DNA of 23,447 nucleotides from Terriglobia bacterium (GTDB taxonomy: Bacteria > Acidobacteriota > Terriglobia > Bryobacterales > JACQDG01), in contig JBGOUJ010000041.1 in NCBI GenBank assembly GCA_041477005.1, forward strand, positions 1-23,447, given 5' to 3'. The notes beneath the pieces are model-generated. The model made no database searches. It saw only the letters and a program-made list of their open reading frames with translations, and was not told the origin of the DNA. The position numbers and the translations under genes were made by a program. How positions within the stretch are numbered: the stretch's first letter is position 1; each line of letters opens with the position of its first letter. This document shows, in pieces, positions 15,239-23,447 of the stretch.

Positions 15239-18200
15239 ATGAATCTCGCCGAGATCTTCATCCGCCGGCCCGTCATGACTACTCTGGTCATGCTGGGAAT
15301 CCTGTTGTTCGGCGTCATCGGATATCGGGTCCTGCCGGTCAGCGACCTTCCAACCGTCGATTTCCCGACCATTCAGGTTTCGGCCGGCCTGCCGGGAGCG
15401 AGCCCGGAAACCATGGCCGCAGCGGTGGCGATGCCCTTGGAACGGCAGTTCTCGACCATCGCCGGCCTGGACTCGATGACCTCCACCAGCACCCTGGGCG
15501 GCAGCCAGATCACGCTGCAGTTCAGCCTGGACCGCTCGATCGATGCGGCCGCCCAAGACGTGCAGTCAGCCATTACCGCGGCCGGGCGCCAGTTGCCGCC
15601 CGAGATGCCGACTCCTCCGACCTACCAGAAGGTGAATCCGGCCGACAGTCCCGTGCTCTACCTCGCGCTGAGCTCGTCGACCCTGCCCCTTTCTGCGGTG
15701 GACGAGTACGGGCAAACGCTCATGGCCCAGCGCATCTCCATGGTGAGCGGGGTAGCCCAGGTACTGGTTTTCGGCTCCCAGAAGTACGCGGTCCGCGTGC
15801 AACTGGACCCGAGCGCCTTGGCCGCCCGGGGCATTGGCATCGACGAGGTGGAGCTGGCTGTCGAGCGGGCCAACGTCAACCGGCCGACGGGCACGCTTTA
15901 CGGACCCACCGAGGCGTTCCAGCTCCAGGCGACCGGCCAGCTTACTACCGCGGCAGCCTATCGGCCGATCATCGTGAGCTATCGCAACGGCTCCCCCGTG
16001 CGGCTGCAGGACCTCGGCAAGGTCATTGACAGCGTTCAGAACGATAAGGTTGCGAGCTGGTTCAACGACACCCGGGCCATCGTCCTGGCGGTTCAACGGC
16101 AGCCCGGCACCAACACGGTGCAGGTGGTGGACTCGATCCGCCAGTTGCTGCCCCAGTTCCGGGCCCGGATCCCGGCTTCGGTAAGCCTGGACGTGATGTA
16201 CGACCGTTCCCAGTCGATTCGGGAATCGGTGAACGACGTCAAGTTCACGCTGCTTCTGACGGTCTGCCTGGTAATCCTGGTCATCTTCCTGTTCCTGCGC
16301 AACCTCCCGGCGACCGCCATACCCAGCATGGCCCTGCCGATGTCGATCGTCGGCACGTTCGCCGTGATGTATTTGCTGGGGTACAGCCTGGACAACCTCT
16401 CCCTGATGGCACTGACCCTTTCCGCCGGGTTTGTGGTGGACGACGCGATCGTTATGCTGGAAAACATCGTGCGCCACATGGAGATGGGCGAGAAACCGCT
16501 CGAGGCCGCACTGAAGGGCTCGCGGGAAATCAGCTTCACCATCCTGTCCATGACGCTGTCGCTGGCTGCCGTCTTCATTCCGGTGCTCTTCATGGGGGGC
16601 ATCATCGGCCGGCTGTTCCATGAATTCGCGGTGACGATCGGCGCGGCGATCCTGATTTCCGGCTTTGTATCACTGAGCCTCACGCCCATGCTGAGCAGCC
16701 GGTTCTTGCGGCCCCCGGCCGAGCAGCGACATGGCCGGCTCTACGTCGCTTCCGAGGCGGCTTTTGCCGGCCTGCTGCGGACTTATAAAAGGACGCTGCG
16801 GCCGGTGTTGCGTCACCGGCTGGCCACTCTGCTGGTTTCGTTCGTGCTGCTGGTGGCGACCGTGTATTTGTTTGCAGTAGTGCCCAAAGGATTCATCCCG
16901 AACCAGGATACCGGCCAGCTCTTCGGCTTCACCGAGGCCAAGCAGGGTATTTCTTTCGAAGGGCTGGTTCGCCACCAGCAGGCCGTGGCTGCTGTCCTTC
17001 GCCAGGACCCCAACATCCGCACTTTCATGTCGAGCGCCGGAGGAACGTTGGGCAATGCCGGCCGGGTGTTCATCCAGCTTAAGCCCCGCCAGGAGCGGCG
17101 TCTCGCTCCCGAGAAGATTATCGAGGAGTTGCGTCCGAAGCTGGCGGGGGTGCCGGGAATTCAGACCTTCCTGCAAGTGCCTCCTCTCATCCGGATCGGC
17201 GGCCAATTAACCAAGAGCACTTATCAGCTTACGATGCAGAGCTCGGATCTCAGCGAACTCTATCACTGGGCGCCTTTGCTGCAGGGGAGGCTGAGCCAGT
17301 TGCCGAGTTTGCAGGACGTCACCAGCGATCTGCAAGTCACAAACCCCCAGGTGGTGATCGATATCGACCGCGATCAGGCTTCCGCGCTCGGCTTGACGGC
17401 GGATCAGATCGAGAATGCTCTCTATAGCGCTTACGGGGACCGGCAGGTGTCAACCATATATACGCCAACGAACCAGTATTGGGTGATCCTGGAGCTGGAG
17501 CCGCGATACCAGACCGATCCCAATTCGCTATCCCTGCTGTATGTCCGCTCGGCGAGCGGCCGGCTGGTTCCATTGAACACGGTGGCGAAGCTGATCCGAA
17601 GCGTTGGGCCGCTGACGGTCAGCCACCTCGGCCAGCTCCCGGCGGTGACCCTGTCGTTCAACTTGAAGCCCGGCGTTTCCCTGGGCGACGCCGTATCACA
17701 AATCGAGGCGGTCGGGCGAGAGAACCTCCCGGCCACGATCAACCTGAACTTCCAGGGCACCGCCCTGGCCTTTCAAACCTCGCTCCGGGGAATGGGCATT
17801 CTGCTGCTGATGGCCATCCTGGTTATCTACATGGTGCTGGGCATCCTGTATGAGAGCTTCCTGCACCCGCTGACCATCCTCTCGGGCCTTCCGTCGGCTG
17901 GGTTGGGCGCTCTGGCCACACTGCTGATCTTCCGCCAGGATCTGAACATTTACTCGTTTGTCGGAATCATCATGCTGGTGGGCATAGTCAAGAAGAACGG
18001 CATCATGACGATTGATTTTGCCCTCGACGCGCAAAGAAACGAAGCGAAGAAACCGGCCGATGCCATCTTTGAGGCGTGCCTGATCCGATTCCGCCCTATC
18101 ATGATGACCACGATGGCGGCCCTGGTCGGGACGCTGCCGATCGCTCTCGGCTTCGGAGCCGGGGGAGAAGCGCGGCGTCCGCTGGGTCTGGCGGTGGAAG

Positions 18201-18364
18201 GGGGGCTAGTGGTATCGCAGCTCCTGACGCTCTACATCACGCCGGTTTACTACACGTACCTGGAATCGCTCCGGGAGTTCGGCAACAAGATTCGGGGCCG
18301 GCGGGTCGTGAAGGACGAGGAGAGAGCGCCAGTCTCTACCGGCGACATCCCGCGGGCGGCGTAA
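15239..18364 (+). CDS. RND efflux transporter permease subunit of the AcrB/HAE1 type, 1041 aa.
   Basis: N-terminus MNLAEIFIRRPVMTTLVMLGILLFGVIGYRVLPVSDLPTVDFPTIQVSAGLPGASPETMAAAVAMPLERQFSTIAGLD is canonical for AcrB. It shows the 12-TM organisation with two large periplasmic loops, and the length is typical. Confidence 0.95.
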   Translation: MNLAEIFIRRPVMTTLVMLGILLFGVIGYRVLPVSDLPTVDFPTIQVSAGLPGASPETMAAAVAMPLERQFSTIAGLDSMTSTSTLGGSQITLQFSLDRSIDAAAQDVQSAITAAGRQLPPEMPTPPTYQKVNPADSPVLYLALSSSTLPLSAVDEYGQTLMAQRISMVSGVAQVLVFGSQKYAVRVQLDPSALAARGIGIDEVELAVERANVNRPTGTLYGPTEAFQLQATGQLTTAAAYRPIIVSYRNGSPVRLQDLGKVIDSVQNDKVASWFNDTRAIVLAVQRQPGTNTVQVVDSIRQLLPQFRARIPASVSLDVMYDRSQSIRESVNDVKFTLLLTVCLVILVIFLFLRNLPATAIPSMALPMSIVGTFAVMYLLGYSLDNLSLMALTLSAGFVVDDAIVMLENIVRHMEMGEKPLEAALKGSREISFTILSMTLSLAAVFIPVLFMGGIIGRLFHEFAVTIGAAILISGFVSLSLTPMLSSRFLRPPAEQRHGRLYVASEAAFAGLLRTYKRTLRPVLRHRLATLLVSFVLLVATVYLFAVVPKGFIPNQDTGQLFGFTEAKQGISFEGLVRHQQAVAAVLRQDPNIRTFMSSAGGTLGNAGRVFIQLKPRQERRLAPEKIIEELRPKLAGVPGIQTFLQVPPLIRIGGQLTKSTYQLTMQSSDLSELYHWAPLLQGRLSQLPSLQDVTSDLQVTNPQVVIDIDRDQASALGLTADQIENALYSAYGDRQVSTIYTPTNQYWVILELEPRYQTDPNSLSLLYVRSASGRLVPLNTVAKLIRSVGPLTVSHLGQLPAVTLSFNLKPGVSLGDAVSQIEAVGRENLPATINLNFQGTALAFQTSLRGMGILLLMAILVIYMVLGILYESFLHPLTILSGLPSAGLGALATLLIFRQDLNIYSFVGIIMLVGIVKKNGIMTIDFALDAQRNEAKKPADAIFEACLIRFRPIMMTTMAALVGTLPIALGFGAGGEARRPLGLAVEGGLVVSQLLTLYITPVYYTYLESLREFGNKIRGRRVVKDEERAPVSTGDIPRAA

Positions 18365-18486
18365 GATTTCTTGGCTCCTTACAAGCCGTGACCCTACCAG
18401 CCCTGTGGAAGGCAGGACGGCGGTGTCGAGGGGCCGGGTCCGGTCTCGAACAATAGCGGCGACCCGTTAGAATGGATGGTTGAACA

Positions 18487-20550
18487 ATGACAGCATCACC
18501 GGCCTCTAATAGCTTCCGAACCGCCCCGCTACTCGTCCTCGCGGCCCTCCTTGCGGCGCCCGCTCGCCCCTCCGGGTCCGCCGACCTCCTGATGCCCCAG
18601 CCCGCGCAGTTATTACCGGGCCAGGGGGAGCTACGCATTGACGAGTCCTTCCGCGTGGCCCTCACCGGCTACCAGGAGCCGCGCCTTCGCGCCGCCGCCG
18701 GCCGCCTGCTGGCCCGCCTCGCCGCGCAGACCGGGATGACATTTTCGACCACCCTCGGGCCCGATCCCTCGCGAGCGGCTCTGGCGCTCCGCACGGAGCG
18801 CGCCGGCGAAGCCGTGCAATCTCCCGCCGAAGATGAGTCCTACCGCCTCCTGGTCACGCCCGCGCAGGCCCGCGTCGAAGCACCCACCCCGGTTGGCCTG
18901 CTTCGCGGGATCGAGACCTTCCTGCAGCTCGTCGAGCCGGGCCGTGAGAGCTTCGCCGTCCCGGCACTCGAAATCCGCGATGGGCCGCGCTTCCCGTGGC
19001 GCGGCCTACTCATCGACGTGGCCCGGCACTGGATGCCCCTGCCGGTCCTGCAGCGCAACCTCGATGCCATGGCCGCGCTCAAGATGAACATTCTGCACCT
19101 GCACGCTTCCGACGACCAGGGCTTCCGCATCGAGAGCCGGCGCTTCCCGAAGCTCCACCAGCTCGGCTCCGACGGCCACTACTTCACCCAGGACCAGATC
19201 CGCGAGCTGGTCGCCTACGCCCGTGACCGTGGCATCCGCATCGTCCCCGAGTTCGACATGCCCGGCCACGCCACGAGCTGGCTCGTCGGCTATCCCGAGC
19301 TGGCCGGCGTTCCCGGCCCTTACCAGATCGAGCGCACGTGGGGCATCTTCGACCCCTGCATCGATCCCACCCGAGAGCAGGTCTACCGTTTCCTCGACGC
19401 CTTTGTCGGCGAGATGACCGCCCTGTTCCCCGACCGCTACTTCCACATCGGCGGCGACGAGGTCAACGGAAACCAGTGGAAAGCCAGTCCTGCGGTCCAG
19501 GACTTCATGAGCAAGCACGGCCTGCGGGACAACGCGGCCGTGCAGGCCTACTTCACCCGCCGCGTGCAGGCCATCGTCGCCAGGCACGGCAAGATCATGG
19601 TGGGCTGGGACGAAATCCTTCAGCCGGACCTGCCGAAGGACATCCTGGTGCAGTCCTGGCGGGGCCAGAAGTCATTAGCCGAGGCCGCCCGGCAGGGCTA
19701 CCGCGGCCTCCTGTCCTATGGGTATTACCTGGACCACATGCGCCCCGCCGCCTTCCACTACCAGGTCGATCCGCTGGCCCGGGAAGCCGCCTCGCTCACC
19801 GACGGGCAGAAGGCCTTCATTCTCGGCGGCGAAGCCTGCATGTGGTCGGAGTACGTCACCGCCCAAAACGTGGACGGCCGCATTTGGCCCCGCGCGGCCG
19901 CCATCGCCGAGCGTCTTTGGTCTCCCGCCGAGGTCAACGATGTGCCGCCGATGTACCACCGCCTGGCCGCGGTCTCGCGACGCCTGGAATGGCTCGGCCT
20001 CACCCACCGGTCGAGCTACCACCTGATGCTCCAGCGCCTGGCCGGCGACGGGCCCATCGGACCGCTCCAGACGCTCGCCGGCGTGCTCGAGCCCGTGAAG
20101 GAATACGCGCGCGCCGGCGCCCGCCAGTACACCAGCGAAACGCCTCTGAACCGCCTGGTCGACGCGACGCTTCCTGAAAGCGACACCGCGCGCGAATTCA
20201 CGGCGCTGGTGGACCGCCTGCTCCGCAGCCCGGCCGATGCCAGGAACCTCGACCTCACCCGCCGCCGGCTCCAGTTCTGGCAGGAAAACCATACCCGGCT
20301 CGCCCCCACCCTGGAGCGTTCCTTCCTGCTCCGTGAAGCCGCGCCTCTCTCCGAAGACCTCTCCGCCGTTGCCGCCGCCGGCCTCCAAGCCCTCAACTTG
20401 CTCGCGAGCGGCCGCCGCCCCGAGCCCTCCTGGCTCGCCCAGCAGCGGCAGCTTCTCGACCGCGCCAAAAAGCCCCGCGCCGAGCTGCTGATCCAGGTGA
20501 TCGAGCCTGTCCGCAAGCTGGTCGAGGCCGCCAACGGAGGCATTTCGTAA
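18487..20550 (+). CDS. Beta-N-acetylhexosaminidase, glycoside hydrolase family 20, secreted, 687 aa.
   Basis: Signal peptide is LLVLAALLAAPARPSGSA. The GH20b-like N-terminal domain is followed by a catalytic TIM barrel with RFPWRGLLIDVARHWMP, LHLHASDDQGFRIE, VPEFDMPGHATSW, HIGGDEVNGNQW (catalytic D-E pair), GWDEIL and CMWSEYV. Confidence 0.9.
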   Translation: MTASPASNSFRTAPLLVLAALLAAPARPSGSADLLMPQPAQLLPGQGELRIDESFRVALTGYQEPRLRAAAGRLLARLAAQTGMTFSTTLGPDPSRAALALRTERAGEAVQSPAEDESYRLLVTPAQARVEAPTPVGLLRGIETFLQLVEPGRESFAVPALEIRDGPRFPWRGLLIDVARHWMPLPVLQRNLDAMAALKMNILHLHASDDQGFRIESRRFPKLHQLGSDGHYFTQDQIRELVAYARDRGIRIVPEFDMPGHATSWLVGYPELAGVPGPYQIERTWGIFDPCIDPTREQVYRFLDAFVGEMTALFPDRYFHIGGDEVNGNQWKASPAVQDFMSKHGLRDNAAVQAYFTRRVQAIVARHGKIMVGWDEILQPDLPKDILVQSWRGQKSLAEAARQGYRGLLSYGYYLDHMRPAAFHYQVDPLAREAASLTDGQKAFILGGEACMWSEYVTAQNVDGRIWPRAAAIAERLWSPAEVNDVPPMYHRLAAVSRRLEWLGLTHRSSYHLMLQRLAGDGPIGPLQTLAGVLEPVKEYARAGARQYTSETPLNRLVDATLPESDTAREFTALVDRLLRSPADARNLDLTRRRLQFWQENHTRLAPTLERSFLLREAAPLSEDLSAVAAAGLQALNLLASGRRPEPSWLAQQRQLLDRAKKPRAELLIQVIEPVRKLVEAANGGIS

Positions 20551-20649
20551 GGGCTTCGCCCCTCCAAGGATACGTGGATACTTTCCCTCAGGCGGGGTCT
20601 CGACGAGGCCCGGCCAATTCGTTGATGGGTCCACCTGCTTAAAACTTAC

Positions 20650-21687
20650 CTACACCGTCACCTTAGTCCCATCAAACTTGGTCAGCGTGAACCCGGTGAA
20701 GCGTTCGTTGTAAGTCGGCGCCTGGTCCCGAAGGATCGCCAGCGCCACCGCCTCGCCCAGCTTCAGTGATTCCTGGTAGTCCGAGCGCCAGTGGATGCCG
20801 GCGAAGTTGCGGCCCATGGCAATATTGGCCGCCAGTTTGTCCAGCTCCCCGCCCACCGTAAGCGGCGGGCCGTCGTAGGGGAGGAGCGACAAACCATCGG
20901 CGCTCGCGACGACCGGCGATGGTATGACAGATGACTCGTCGAACCAAGCCTTCAGTACCGTCACGCACGCGCCTGCCACCGTGGCGTGACCGGCGCCGTA
21001 AGACGGGTGCAGAGGGCAGCCTTCCGGATAGACTTGCGGCAGCAGATACGAAGTTGTCTTGGCAAAAGTCTTCCCCAGCGCCCCGTCGGCCGACAGGGCC
21101 GAGTTGATCAGGTCGGCGTGGAGGGGATAACCTGCGGCGCCGCGGACCACGTTTTGGATGCGACCGCCGAACTCCTCCGGTCGCAGCCGGCGATGGACAA
21201 ACCACTTCTGGTACCACACGGCCTTGAGCGCGCGCGTGGAAACTTCCGCTATCAACGCCACAAGGTGTGGGGCGCCGAATGTCCCGAACCCGTCCTGTGT
21301 CGCCGAGGCCTGATAAGGCAGAGCCGCGCTCCACGGCGCCGCCGGACCCCCTTGATCGGGTGGCGCCAGCAAGATCAGAGCGGCATTGAAATAGGCCTGG
21401 AAGAGGACATCCATGTGCACCCACCACGCCAGATCGCGGCCGTTTCTGATGAAACGACGCGTCGGATCGATCTGCTCCGCCTGCCGCGGCGGAACGCCGT
21501 TCTGAGCGTCCAGCCAGTCCGTATACTGCGTCAGGAAATCCGACGCCGGCAGGACGGTGCGGATCTGCTGCTGGATCGCTTGAGCCCCGAAGGTCACCGG
21601 CTTCAGCAGAAATTGCGAGAGGTACGGACCGGCCGCATCGCCCGCTGTAAATCCGCGGAACAGCATGGACCCCCTCACCTGCCCCAC
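20650..21687 (-). CDS. C-terminal (catalytic) portion of a vanadium-dependent haloperoxidase / PAP2-like acid-phosphatase superfamily protein, 345 aa from a GTG start. It is probably the 3' half of a frameshifted gene.
   Basis: Motifs present are KWFVHRRLRP (K-x-RP block), PSYGAGHAT (PSYPSGHAT block) and GRNFAGIHWRSD (SR-x5-H-x-D block). The ORF begins with GTG at 21685-21687 and overlaps the upstream ORF. Confidence 0.75.
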   Translation of the reverse strand: MGQVRGSMLFRGFTAGDAAGPYLSQFLLKPVTFGAQAIQQQIRTVLPASDFLTQYTDWLDAQNGVPPRQAEQIDPTRRFIRNGRDLAWWVHMDVLFQAYFNAALILLAPPDQGGPAAPWSAALPYQASATQDGFGTFGAPHLVALIAEVSTRALKAVWYQKWFVHRRLRPEEFGGRIQNVVRGAAGYPLHADLINSALSADGALGKTFAKTTSYLLPQVYPEGCPLHPSYGAGHATVAGACVTVLKAWFDESSVIPSPVVASADGLSLLPYDGPPLTVGGELDKLAANIAMGRNFAGIHWRSDYQESLKLGEAVALAILRDQAPTYNERFTGFTLTKFDGTKVTV

Positions 21688-22328
21688 ACCCGGGGCCCGC
21701 GGTAATCGGCGACACTCGACAGCTCCGCCGCCGCGGCGCTCGTAATCGACTCCGAGCCGTACTCTGCGAACGGCACGTCGTGGGCGAGCGCCATCCAGTA
21801 AAGCTCGATCGCCTCGGACGCTTCCTGAGCGCTGCTGAACGCCGGCGCCGGCGGAATCGCGAGCTGGTGCGAATCCATCCCTTCCATCTCGAACGCCAGC
21901 CCCGCCTGCGGGTCCACCAGCTTTCGCCTTTGGGTCGGGTCGGGCGCGCCCATAGGAATGTTCTCAAATGCCTCCGGCCGGCCGGTTGACAGCGCGTCCA
22001 TCAATCGGGAATAGGCGTCCAGATAGACCTCGCCCCGGTTGTTGTGGGGGAGTCCCTTGGAGAAATTGCCGATCTTACTCGGATAAAGCTCCTCGTCGCC
22101 ATTGGCCAGATGGTCCGGCGCCAGCGAGTTTTTCTTGTCGAGAGCCATCGAATAGCGGATTTGAAACGCCTCATCGCGCCGCTGGTCCCCGGTTAGCGGC
22201 CCAACCTCCGCCGCGGCGGCCGCGCTGCGATTCGCATCCAGCATTGGGCGCAGCACTGTACCGCCGGCCACGGCGCCGAGGCGAGTTAGAAACTCGCGCC
22301 GATTGGCGCCCACCAAGTGTGTTTTCAT
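21675..22328 (-). CDS. N-terminal portion of the same haloperoxidase-like gene: Tat signal plus N-terminal domain, 217 aa from ATG 22326-22328.
   Basis: MKTHLVGANRREFLTRLGAVAGGTVLRPMLDA is a twin-arginine signal, and SD GAAGGAA lies upstream. It ends ...SVADYRGPRVWGR* at 21675, 13 nt inside the next ORF and in a different frame. The six-frame ORF extends to 22613, but the region before MKTHL is R/C-rich and not credible. Confidence 0.6.
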   Translation of the reverse strand: MKTHLVGANRREFLTRLGAVAGGTVLRPMLDANRSAAAAAEVGPLTGDQRRDEAFQIRYSMALDKKNSLAPDHLANGDEELYPSKIGNFSKGLPHNNRGEVYLDAYSRLMDALSTGRPEAFENIPMGAPDPTQRRKLVDPQAGLAFEMEGMDSHQLAIPPAPAFSSAQEASEAIELYWMALAHDVPFAEYGSESITSAAAAELSSVADYRGPRVWGR

Positions 22329-22633
22329 ACAGTTCCTTCGCCGGCAAAGGACCGCCGGCCGGTCAGCCCAGATTATTACTTTTTGGACCAAGCGTCTAGG
22401 CGGTGCTCCAGAGGCAGTGTAAGACGCGATACGGAAATCACGTCTGGTCACAGCGTCGAGGCTGGGCGGTGACCCGCACCGTCGCGGTTCCGCATGCCCG
22501 TCGTAGGAATGGGGCGCCGATGCGCAGATCCACCGGCACCGTTGCGGTCCTGATTGGTTCGTTGCGAAGCCGACCTCCCCAAGGAGTGATGCCCTCAAGC
22601 GAGCCGGCCACACTGCCCGGTTCAGCCATGTTG

Positions 22634-23347
22634 CTATCTCCCGGCTAAATGACCGGCGTGCATCCTCAACTGGCCTTCAATTCGGCCGTCGGCCATCTGG
22701 TACACCTTGTCAAATCCACCGATCATCCGTACGTCGTGCGTCACAACGATTACCGCCGCATTTTTCTCGCGGCTGACTTTATGGAGCAAGCTCATCACGA
22801 TCTTGCCGCGCTCTCCATCCAGCGAGGCGGTCGGCTCGTCGGCAAGAACAACTCTTGGATCATTCGCCAATGCGCGAGCAATCGCGGCGCGCTGTTGCTC
22901 GCCTCCAGAGATCTCCCCGGGATAGTGATGCCACCTGTGGCCGATCTCCAGGTAGTCGAGTAGCTGCAGGGCACGCTGATGCGCCTCCTCTTCACCAACT
23001 CCGTTTAGGTGCAGGATGAGTTCCACATTCTCCACAACTGTGAGGAACGGGATGAGGTTGTAGGCCTGGAACACCACGCCGATCTTGCTCCGGCGCAACG
23101 CGCGGACGTCCACACCGGTCCAGCCGTTGTCGAACACGCACGTTCCGTCCAACTCGATTCGGCCACTCGTCGGTTCAATGATGCAACATATCGAGGTCAG
23201 CAGAGTGGTCTTGCCCGATCCGCTGGGGCCCAGCAACGCCACCAGCTCTCCACGCTGCACCGAAAGGTTCGCATCGATGAGTGCAACCGTCTGAGCGTCA
23301 CCTTTGCCGTAGATCTTGGTGAGTTTTTCGGCTTTAACGACTTCCAT
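22634..23347 (-). CDS. ABC transporter ATP-binding protein (MacB/LolD/FtsE-like), 237 aa.
   Basis: Walker A is GPSGSGKTT, Q-loop is VFQ, ABC signature is ISGGEQQRAAIARAL, Walker B is VVLADEPTASLD, and H-loop is THD. SD GGAGGA lies before the ATG at 23345-23347. Confidence 0.95.
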   Translation of the reverse strand: MEVVKAEKLTKIYGKGDAQTVALIDANLSVQRGELVALLGPSGSGKTTLLTSICCIIEPTSGRIELDGTCVFDNGWTGVDVRALRRSKIGVVFQAYNLIPFLTVVENVELILHLNGVGEEEAHQRALQLLDYLEIGHRWHHYPGEISGGEQQRAAIARALANDPRVVLADEPTASLDGERGKIVMSLLHKVSREKNAAVIVVTHDVRMIGGFDKVYQMADGRIEGQLRMHAGHLAGR

Positions 23348-23350
23348 CTC

Positions 23351-23447
23351 TATCCTCCGCTCAGAGCCGTGCCGGGATCTACCTTAAGCGCGCGCCAGAT
23401 GCCCAAGATGCTGGCCAGAACGCAAATCACGACAACAATAAGGAACA
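23351..23447 (-). CDS. 3' end of an FtsX/MacB-type ABC permease, partial and running off the window. The translation is ...FLIVVVICVLASILGIWRALKVDPGTALSGG*.
   Basis: The C-terminal TM helix plus the ...RA.KVDP..AL... ending is typical of MacB/FtsX-family permeases. The stop lies 3 nt before the ATPase start. Confidence 0.7.

Noticed and set aside
15178-16029. 283-aa plus-strand ORF overlapping the RND gene start, along with the minus-strand ORFs 15566..16621, 16093..16689 and 16670..17206.
   Set aside because: They overlap the unambiguous AcrB-type CDS in other frames or on the opposite strand, and their composition is biased.
19006-20634. Several long ORFs inside or antisense to the GH20 gene (19006..19587-, 19338..20177+, 19675..20634-, 20016..20567-).
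   Set aside because: Shadow ORFs of the well-supported GH20 CDS.
20672-21967. 431-aa minus-strand ORF spanning the haloperoxidase locus in a third frame.
   Set aside because: It is R/G/P-rich nonsense. The two motif-bearing frames are preferred.

Overview
High-GC (roughly 63-66%) chromosomal window, probably from an Acidobacterium related to Candidatus Solibacter. The 3' end of the first ORF matches the TIGR03437 'Soli_cterm' domain, which is expanded in that lineage. There are several Tat/Sec-exported proteins and Ig-like repeat proteins. Gene order (product, strand): a HigA-like XRE antitoxin (-) lying antisense to the 5' part of a Soli_cterm-domain ORF (+); a prohibitin/SPFH protein (-); a secreted protein with three Ig-like repeats (+); a secreted hypothetical with an internal duplication resembling the VirB10/TrbI beta-barrel motif (+); a 672-aa flotillin-like SPFH protein (+); a small lower-GC secreted protein (+); a polytopic GT87/DUF2029-like membrane protein (-); a two-gene operon of a secreted hypothetical plus a Tat-exported DUF362 protein (+); a tandem-domain universal stress protein (+); a 67-aa ORF (+); an AcrB-type RND efflux permease with no adjacent adaptor or outer-membrane gene (+); a GH20 beta-N-acetylhexosaminidase (+); a vanadium-haloperoxidase/PAP2-like gene that appears split by a frameshift into two overlapping ORFs (-); an ABC ATPase (-); and the 3' end of its FtsX/MacB-type permease (-). 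I saw no rRNA or tRNA, no CRISPR array, and no transposase or integrase. The three most notable non-coding or structural observations are these. First, a ~38-nt motif (GGACTGGCACACCCCGArTCrTCCAA..TAAA) occurs twice, upstream of the UspA gene and upstream of the small ORF that precedes the RND pump. Second, the haloperoxidase gene is split at a C/G homopolymer. Third, two SPFH-family genes bracket two secreted proteins, one of which has a TrbI/VirB10-like duplicated motif, and there is no NfeD partner. Many long ORFs in the six-frame track are antisense or alternate-frame shadows typical of high-GC DNA and are rejected below. I cannot say with confidence which of these, if any, is a previously undescribed system. 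The shared-motif usp/small-ORF/RND module and the SPFH-bracketed secreted-protein module are my best candidates.
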